Shown: in pieces, positions 57,561-64,000 of the stretch
Layout: every line of letters starts with the position of its first letter
How positions within the stretch are numbered: the stretch's first letter is position 1
From: an uncultured Sulfurimonas sp.
GTDB taxonomy: Bacteria > Campylobacterota > Campylobacteria > Campylobacterales > Sulfurimonadaceae
Assembly (NCBI GenBank): GCA_963662755.1
Contig: OY759725.1
Coordinates: forward strand, 941,781 to 1,005,780
Reading direction: 5' to 3'
Length of the DNA: 64,000 nt
Notes under the pieces: generated by a model
Databases searched by the model: none
Seen by the model: the letters and a program-made list of their open reading frames with translations, nothing else
Told to the model about the DNA's origin: nothing
Program-made: the position numbers and the translations under genes

Positions 57561-58460
57561 TTATTTTAAACAAATCTCTTCAAGAACACCATTTTTTAAC
57601 ATATCTAAATTTATTACATAGTCATTATTATTTACAGTTTGTTCTAAAGCATTAGTCATTTTCAACCATCCTTTTCCATCTGTAATCCATATAAATTCTA
57701 TATTTTGTTTTTTAAGTAAATCAAATAAATCTGAATATTCTCTTGCTATAGAATTTGGTTTAGAACCTGTGCTACTATAGTAGTTTACTTCAAAAATATA
57801 AAGTTCCTTATTTTCTTCATTAAATAGCACAAAGTCAAATCTTCTGTCGTTTTTCTTTTTTGAATTATCAACATCTTTAGTGTTAACATTTATATCAAAC
57901 TCATTTAGTATATCAACTTTTGTAGCTTCTCTTAGTAATTTAAAGTTTTTGTGATTTGTTACAAAATCAGTGATAAAGTTTTCACAAAGTTCTTCCATAA
58001 TTTTGCCAGTTCTATTTTTTCTCGCATTTGTATCAAATCCAACTTCAACACCAAAGCAATAATCAACGAGATTCTTAATATATTTATTTTCTAATATATC
58101 TTTAATTCCACTTTTTCTAAAAAATATCAACAACTCTTTATATACATTTTCAGATAACTCACCATAAAACACATATAGTTTATTTTCAGGTATTAAAGAG
58201 TCTATATTTGTAATTACAGGTGTTTCTCTTAACTTATTTTTTCTAACAGCTATCAAAAGAGGTAAAGCTTTTCTTATATTTGGGTACTCTTTAATTAATG
58301 ATATAAACTCATTCTCAATATTATCTTTACCTATAAGATAATTTAATATATTTAATTCTATTTCTATTTCAGATACATTGATTTTTACTTTTTCAAAATC
58401 TGTGAAATAATCCCATGTAAAAATTGACTCTTGTAATGTTTTTTTTATATTTTCAATCAT
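57561..58460 (-). CDS. DpnII/MboI family type II restriction endonuclease (GATC expected)
   Basis: GFDTNARKNRTGKIME, RRFDF..FEVNYYSSTGSKP and FIWITDGKGW. Confidence 0.9.
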   Translation of the reverse strand: MIENIKKTLQESIFTWDYFTDFEKVKINVSEIEIELNILNYLIGKDNIENEFISLIKEYPNIRKALPLLIAVRKNKLRETPVITNIDSLIPENKLYVFYGELSENVYKELLIFFRKSGIKDILENKYIKNLVDYCFGVEVGFDTNARKNRTGKIMEELCENFITDFVTNHKNFKLLREATKVDILNEFDINVNTKDVDNSKKKNDRRFDFVLFNEENKELYIFEVNYYSSTGSKPNSIAREYSDLFDLLKKQNIEFIWITDGKGWLKMTNALEQTVNNNDYVINLDMLKNGVLEEICLK

Positions 58461-58463
58461 GTT

Positions 58464-59336
58464 TCATCCATTTCTATTTTTAATCAATACTTCACTTATT
58501 TTCCCACGACCATCACTTTTACTGTTTATAAATCTATTTGCCATAACAAAATTAATATCATAATTTTTATATAGCTTTTTTATAAATTCTGTATCAGAAT
58601 TACTATGTAATACTGAACAACCTTTTGCATCTAGCTTTTCAAATGTATCAAATAGTTCTTTTTGTTTATCATCTAAAAAATCATTCTTGTCATAAGCTGT
58701 AAAACTAGCTGTTTTAGTTAATGGATAATACGGAGGGTCAAAATATACTAAATCATTTTCACTTACATTATTTACTACTTCATTAAATGATTGATTTGTT
58801 ATTGTTGCATTTTGTAATGCTTCACTTGCACTTAATATTACATTTTTATCAGATATATTAGGATTTTTATAATTTCCAATTGGTGTATTATATTGTCCTT
58901 TACTATTTACTCTATAAAGACCATTAAAACATGTTTTATTGAGGTATATAAACCTTGTTGCTCTTTGCAAAGGTGTTAATTTTTTAAAAGTATTTTTTCT
59001 ATCTTGTTCTCTTATTTCATAATAAAATTCTTTATTATGTTTTTCTTTAAAATTTTCAAGTTCTTCAATTAATTCTTTAGGATTACTTTTCACTATGTTG
59101 TATGTAATTATTAATTCTTCATTTATATCAGACAAAAAAATTCTTTTATTCTTCAATAAACCTCGTGAATATAATTCAAAAAAAACTGCCCCTCCACCCA
59201 AAAATGGTTCATGATAATTGTTAAACTCATCAGGAAACAATGGTAACAATTGATTTAACAGACCTCTTTTCCCACCTACCCATTTTATAAAAGGTTGGTA
59301 TTTATTAAAATAAGATGTATTAATCATTACTGTCAT
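58464..59336 (-). CDS. Dam/DpnM-like DNA adenine methyltransferase
   Basis: PFIKWVGGK, EPFLGGGAVFF, NKTCFNGLYRVN and YFDPPY. Confidence 0.93.
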   Translation of the reverse strand: MTVMINTSYFNKYQPFIKWVGGKRGLLNQLLPLFPDEFNNYHEPFLGGGAVFFELYSRGLLKNKRIFLSDINEELIITYNIVKSNPKELIEELENFKEKHNKEFYYEIREQDRKNTFKKLTPLQRATRFIYLNKTCFNGLYRVNSKGQYNTPIGNYKNPNISDKNVILSASEALQNATITNQSFNEVVNNVSENDLVYFDPPYYPLTKTASFTAYDKNDFLDDKQKELFDTFEKLDAKGCSVLHSNSDTEFIKKLYKNYDINFVMANRFINSKSDGRGKISEVLIKNRNG

Positions 59337-59345
59337 TTCAACTTC

Positions 59346-59534
59346 CTATCTATCTCTTATATTTGCTAATAGTAGCTCTAACAAATCTTCTTTTTTATAC
59401 TCTTTAGTATCATCAAGAGTAATCATTCCACCATCAAAATGCTTATATTCTGAATATTCTAATTCTCCGCTTGAATTTATAAATCCAATAAGTACAGTAT
59501 CATTATGAACTAAAACAACATCATCTTTATCCAT
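59346..59534 (-). CDS. Small acidic hypothetical protein
   Basis: aaggaa SD 7 nt upstream; TAAAAT promoter-like hexamer upstream; first gene of the DpnII-like cassette. Confidence 0.5.
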   Translation of the reverse strand: MDKDDVVLVHNDTVLIGFINSSGELEYSEYKHFDGGMITLDDTKEYKKEDLLELLLANIRDR

Positions 59535-59599
59535 TAATACATTCCTTCAAAAAATCAATAAATTTTACCTAAAAAGTATTAAGCTTCATGTTAAACAGA

Positions 59600-60610
59600 C
59601 TATACAACTTCCACATAATAAACCATCTCTTTATTATCAGCATGTTCACTTTTTCCAGTTGTAAAGGCTTTATACTCTTTTTCAAAAATCTTTACTTTAC
59701 CGCGCTTTGACATAGATTTTATGATGTCTTCATCACTTATTTTTGCATTGCTTCTGTCATTTCCGCGTTTAGCCATGTTGTTGTACGAGAGGAGCATATA
59801 TTTGCATTTTGCATTTACTACTAAGTCGTCAAAACTCTCGGCTGCACTTTTTAGTGAGTAGTCACTTTTTATTTTGCTTCTGTCAAATTTTTTAGCCACT
59901 CCAAAGACCTCTGGTTTTTGCCAAAGTGAAAGGTTTTCAAGTAGATGGTACGCGTCGCAGTATTGTCTGGAATTGTATGGCGGATCCATGTAAAGCACAT
60001 CACACTCTATGTCGCGGATTAACATATTTGCATCTGTGTTGTGGACTTCATTGTTTAGATTTTTTTCGCTATCAATCCAAAGCATTTTCATCTCAAACTT
60101 TTGCTCTTTTATCTCTTTTTTTATGTATGCATCGTAGTGTCCAACAGTGTTTGCGATGCGGTCTATTGCGTAGTTTAGTGAAGTTAGGAGTATATGCTTT
60201 TCTTTTAGATTTATAGCATCTTTTATAAAGAGTTGTTTTATCTCTTGGCGTATATGACCTATCTTTTTTGCTACCTCATCACTAAAATAACGATTTCCAA
60301 AATTTTTAGAAAAATAGTTCGCTTTTGAAGTAGTAGATGCATTAAACTCAGCTATGTAGTTTAAGAGTTTTTTCTCATCATACTCTTCATCATTTAAAAA
60401 AGCATTTAGTGAGATGAAGTTTTGGTAGAGTAAATCGTTTGAGATGATTTTTTTATCTTTTGCATTGAAGTATTCTCCGACAACACCTGTTCCTGAAAAT
60501 ATATCACAAAAAGAGTCAAAGCTACCAACCTCATTTTGGATTATCTCATCTATAAAAGGCAATATTGAATTTTTATTGCCAAGGTATCTTCTTTGCGATA
60601 TTTTATACAA
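59600..60610 (-). CDS. DNA adenine methyltransferase, D12 class (M.FokI/M.NlaIII-like)
   Basis: TTG start; RRYLGNK, FCDIFSGTGVV and YMDPPYNSRQY. Confidence 0.92.
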   Translation of the reverse strand: MYKISQRRYLGNKNSILPFIDEIIQNEVGSFDSFCDIFSGTGVVGEYFNAKDKKIISNDLLYQNFISLNAFLNDEEYDEKKLLNYIAEFNASTTSKANYFSKNFGNRYFSDEVAKKIGHIRQEIKQLFIKDAINLKEKHILLTSLNYAIDRIANTVGHYDAYIKKEIKEQKFEMKMLWIDSEKNLNNEVHNTDANMLIRDIECDVLYMDPPYNSRQYCDAYHLLENLSLWQKPEVFGVAKKFDRSKIKSDYSLKSAAESFDDLVVNAKCKYMLLSYNNMAKRGNDRSNAKISDEDIIKSMSKRGKVKIFEKEYKAFTTGKSEHADNKEMVYYVEVV

Positions 60611-60675
60611 AAGTTACTCCCAAAATTTTATTGGCACAATTGTACAAAAAAACTGCATCTCTCTTGCTAAATATT

Positions 60676-61770
60676 TCAAACTGTCATACTTTTTATAGAT
60701 TTGCAAAGTTCTCTTAGCTCTTCTTCACTCTGCCCAAGTCTTGCTATAAGCCTAATTATGGCACTTTTTACTGTTGGTTGTCTGATGCCACCGACTGCGT
60801 AGCCATTTTCTAAAAGCTTATTTTTAATCTCTATAACTTTAACATTATCGCCTATAAGTATCGGGACTATTAAACCTTCTATTTTTATGTTTAGTTCTTC
60901 ATAAATCACTCTTTGGCGGAGTTTTATTTGCTCTTTTAAATCTTTTGTATTTGAGAGTATAAATTTTAAAGAGTTATGAGCAAGCAGAGTATCATAAAGA
61001 GACAATGAAGTCGCGTAGATGATTGGCTTAGCACGATTTACAAGGTACTCAACTATGTGCTCAGATGCCAAGATATAAGCACCAAAACTTCCATAAGCTT
61101 TTCCCAATGTTCCCATTTTTATATGGTTAGGTTTTGCTTTTATATTGTAAAGGTCAAAAACTCCCATAAGCTTGTCCCCAACAACTCCGCTACTATGAGC
61201 TTCATCTACTATAAGCAAAGCATCTGCCTCATCACAGATGCTAAAAACCTCAGCATCTACCAAGTCCCCATCCATAGAGTAGATGCCCTCAACTGCTACT
61301 ATTTTTCTCTTGGCATCTGAGGCTTTTAACATCGCAGACAACTCTTGCATATCGTTATGTTTAAAAAACTTTACATTGATGCCATTTAACCCAGATGCAA
61401 GAACTCCAGATGCATGGTAAAGCTCATCCATAAAAAGCTCATCACCACGTCTTACAAGTGCTTCAACAAGAGCTACATTTGCATTAAATCCACTACCTAA
61501 AACAACTGCATCTTCAAAAGAATTTGCTTCTTTTAAAGAGTCTTCAAAATCTTTATGTATCTGATGATAACCATTTACTAAAAGAGAAGCTTTTGAGCTA
61601 TGAAGCGGAAGTTCTGAGAGTGTTTTACAAGTTTTATTGTGAAGCTCTTTGTTATGTGAGAGTCCCAAATAGTCATTAGATGCAAAGTCTAAAACAGTGT
61701 TATCTACTACTTCTCTTGTTCTATATCTTCCTGAACGCTTCAGCGCTTTTAATTCATTTTCGTAATACAT
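60676..61770 (-). CDS. bioF: 8-amino-7-oxononanoate synthase
   Basis: FASNDYLGL, SGFNAN, EGIYSMDGD, DEAHSSG and GTLGKAYG. Confidence 0.9.
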   Translation of the reverse strand: MYYENELKALKRSGRYRTREVVDNTVLDFASNDYLGLSHNKELHNKTCKTLSELPLHSSKASLLVNGYHQIHKDFEDSLKEANSFEDAVVLGSGFNANVALVEALVRRGDELFMDELYHASGVLASGLNGINVKFFKHNDMQELSAMLKASDAKRKIVAVEGIYSMDGDLVDAEVFSICDEADALLIVDEAHSSGVVGDKLMGVFDLYNIKAKPNHIKMGTLGKAYGSFGAYILASEHIVEYLVNRAKPIIYATSLSLYDTLLAHNSLKFILSNTKDLKEQIKLRQRVIYEELNIKIEGLIVPILIGDNVKVIEIKNKLLENGYAVGGIRQPTVKSAIIRLIARLGQSEEELRELCKSIKSMTV

Positions 61771-61772
61771 AT

Positions 61773-63581
61773 TTACCCAACAACAACCATATTTCTTCCA
61801 CTTTCTTTAGCTTTATAAAGGGCGTCATCGACTCTCTTAAAGATAAACTCCATATCTTCTCCCTCTACATACTCCACAACACCAAAACTCATAGTAATTG
61901 GAATAACTTTTTTATACTCTTGTATATTTTTTCTAAGTTTCTCGGCAATTTTTTTAGCATCAGATAGCGTAGTATGAGGCACTATAAGCATAAATTCTTC
62001 TCCACCAACTCTACAAAAAACATCTCCATTACGCAAAAAAGAATTTATAAATTTAGTATATTTTATAAGAACTTCATCTCCTACGCTGTGCCCATGTTTA
62101 TCATTTACTTGTTTGAAATAGTCAATATCAAACATAATGAGTGATAATGGATGCTGATACCTTTTTGCACGTTCCATTTCTTCTTTCATTTTTTGTTGAA
62201 AGTGTCTTCTGTTTCCTATGTTTGTTAAACTATCAGTAATATTTAAATGTTCCAACTCTTTTTTATACTTTTCTTGTTCTGTAATATCCGTTAGTATCAC
62301 AGAATAGTGATCTTTTTCTTTTAATATCTTAGATGCACTTGCGGTAAAATAATAAATCTTACCAAAAATATCTACTTTTATTTTGTGAAATATTAATTCA
62401 CTTTGAATTAAATACTCAACCCATGTTTTATCATTCATCATCGCTTCAAGATAGCCATCTTCTATTACAAAAAAATCACAGATGCAGTTATGTTTTTCTT
62501 TAAATTCTTCAACATTGCTATACATATCAAAGTATTTAAAAAATATATTATTAACATTTAATAAAGAATTTTTTTTATTTACAAGTACAATATTTGTAGA
62601 AGAGTTTATGATATTTTGAAAATACTCTTTTTGTCTTTTGTTTGCATAGTACAATACTGTACTTACAAACATTGCTATACCCATTATAAACACAACTCCA
62701 AGTGTTAACCACCTAAACATAAAAAATTCCAAATCCATATTTGAGATAGCATCGATTTTTTTAAACATTATAAAGTAGCCTATTGCTTCTTTATTTTTGT
62801 TCTTTAGTTCATAAGAACTTATAAGAAAATTATTTTCTATTTTGTATGAATTTGTAAAATAATTTTCTATTTTATTGTCTTTTAGATATTTTCTAAGTTC
62901 TTTTGGAGCGTCAAAATTTGCTACATAATAGTCGTCTATAAACAAATTTGTAAAAGGAAATTCTAACTGTTTCTTAAACTCTTTTTTAAGAACAACAACG
63001 GAGTTTATATCTGATTTTTGCAATTGTTTGGAGATGGAGTTAAAGTGTGAGATGATTTCTATCATTCCTATAAACTTCTCATTATCAAAAAGTGGAACTA
63101 TAGCTTTTATAGAGATATCAAACCTTCCAACACCCACTGAATATGTTACTTTTTTTGTAGAAGCAACCTCAACAAGATCAAGTCTTATATTTTTGAGATT
63201 ATCGTCTCTTTCGCGACTCCAGCTTCTATATAGTGAATTAAAATCATTATCTATTATCTGTATCCATATATTTTTATATAGAGTGTGTTTTTTGAATTTT
63301 TTGATTAAATCTTCAAAATAGTCTTGTTCAATATTTTTATTTCTTATATGTTTTATAAGTTTTTTATCATTAACTATACTCAACGCCATTGCTGTAGTGG
63401 CTTTTTGCTTTTGCAAAATCATACCCTCAACTTCTTGTTGCATTGACAAAGCTTGAGCTGTATATTTTGAAAGAGCCAAATCATCTCTTTTAGACTTCAA
63501 AAAATCTACATACAACCAACTTCCATATAAAAGAGATACCAATAGCGCTAAAACCAATATATATAACTTACTTGTTTTCAA
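61773..63581 (-). CDS. Diguanylate cyclase with periplasmic Cache-like and PAS-like domains
   Basis: Two TM segments flanking an extracytoplasmic domain; RNGD I-site and RVGGEEF active site. Confidence 0.9.
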   Translation of the reverse strand: MKTSKLYILVLALLVSLLYGSWLYVDFLKSKRDDLALSKYTAQALSMQQEVEGMILQKQKATTAMALSIVNDKKLIKHIRNKNIEQDYFEDLIKKFKKHTLYKNIWIQIIDNDFNSLYRSWSRERDDNLKNIRLDLVEVASTKKVTYSVGVGRFDISIKAIVPLFDNEKFIGMIEIISHFNSISKQLQKSDINSVVVLKKEFKKQLEFPFTNLFIDDYYVANFDAPKELRKYLKDNKIENYFTNSYKIENNFLISSYELKNKNKEAIGYFIMFKKIDAISNMDLEFFMFRWLTLGVVFIMGIAMFVSTVLYYANKRQKEYFQNIINSSTNIVLVNKKNSLLNVNNIFFKYFDMYSNVEEFKEKHNCICDFFVIEDGYLEAMMNDKTWVEYLIQSELIFHKIKVDIFGKIYYFTASASKILKEKDHYSVILTDITEQEKYKKELEHLNITDSLTNIGNRRHFQQKMKEEMERAKRYQHPLSLIMFDIDYFKQVNDKHGHSVGDEVLIKYTKFINSFLRNGDVFCRVGGEEFMLIVPHTTLSDAKKIAEKLRKNIQEYKKVIPITMSFGVVEYVEGEDMEFIFKRVDDALYKAKESGRNMVVVG

Positions 63582-63704
63582 ATCATTAAATCCTTATGAT
63601 ACTTTATCTTATCACTAAATTTTTTGATTTCTCATAAATCTTTAAACTTTATATAGCTGTTTGTATATTTTTAGTAAAATTGACTATTACAACTAGGAGT
63701 TTTT

Positions 63705-64000
63705 TTGAAATTATTTTTTATATTAATATTTTTTTTAACCCTATCATTACATGCCAAAGAAAAAGTTGTTCTACAACTAAAATGGTTACATCAGTTTCAA
63801 TTTGCTGGTTACTATGCAGCAAAAGAGAAAGGCTTTTATGATGAACTTGGTCTTGATGTTGAAATACGCCAAAGAGATATTTCAAAAAACAACATAGAAC
63901 AAGTCATAAATGGAGAAGCAGAGTATGGAGTATCTGACTCTGTGCTTCTTTTATATAAGGCTAAAAAAGAGCCTGTAATTATAGTAACACCTATATTTCA
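63705..64000 (+). CDS. NMT1/THI5-like substrate-binding domain protein, 3'-truncated (missing from the ORF track)
   Basis: TTG after aggag; reads MKLFFILIFFLTLSLHAKEKVVLQLKWLHQFQFAGYYAAKEKGFY, open to the window end. Confidence 0.85.
   Translation, partial: MKLFFILIFFLTLSLHAKEKVVLQLKWLHQFQFAGYYAAKEKGFYDELGLDVEIRQRDISKNNIEQVINGEAEYGVSDSVLLLYKAKKEPVIIVTPIF

Noticed and set aside
60632-60647. TGGCAC as a sigma54 -24 element
   Set aside because: No GC at -12, and it points away from the adjacent genes.
55822-60675. Target-site duplication or mobile-element ends around the RM cluster
   Set aside because: Only weak AT-rich similarity at the two edges; no integrase, transposase or tRNA nearby.
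145-63321. Short opposite-strand or alternate-frame ORFs in the track (e.g. 145-339, 6380-6604, 9845-10054, 29668-29973, 43127-43597, 59926-60216, 63028-63321)
   Set aside because: They lie inside well-supported genes, lack family motifs and look like shadow ORFs.
1-64000. CRISPR arrays, rRNA, tRNA, transposases, integrases, prophage genes
   Set aside because: No regularly spaced repeats, RNA gene signatures or such protein motifs were seen; intergenic space is small and mostly accounted for.

Overview
AT-rich, gene-dense bacterial chromosome segment. Gene content and order (cheZ-like, U32, purE, DUF3972, glyQ; trxA-trxB; dapB-purF; DUF2393 pair; hisIE) point to Campylobacterota, probably a Sulfurimonas-like organism (inference). 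It is mostly housekeeping and transport: modA-TOBE-modB-modC with a ModE box, AmmeMemoRadiSam A/B, recD2, hemD, glyQ, purE/purF, trxAB, dapB, ilvE, glnA, leuA, rhlE, PBP1A and bioF. A phosphate cluster (porin, pstS, two ppk2, pstCAB, phoU) carries recurring 11-bp-period boxes. There are several signalling proteins and an accessory restriction-modification cluster with four methyltransferases and one DpnII-family endonuclease. I saw no rRNA, tRNA, CRISPR array, transposase or integrase. The main signals not in the ORF track are: (1) a candidate type I toxin-antitoxin locus at 15585-15787, with a 19-aa Ibs-like hydrophobic peptide, convergent promoters and alternative long-range pairings; (2) a two-copy, roughly 110-bp structured element with compensatory base changes that supplies and occludes the ribosome-binding site of two unrelated genes; (3) a degenerate helicase C-terminal-domain gene head-to-head with rhlE; (4) a Pho-box-like motif at a fixed 10-nt spacing to -10 hexamers; (5) two REP-doublet-like palindromic clusters. 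All family calls come from motif recognition by eye; no database searches were run.
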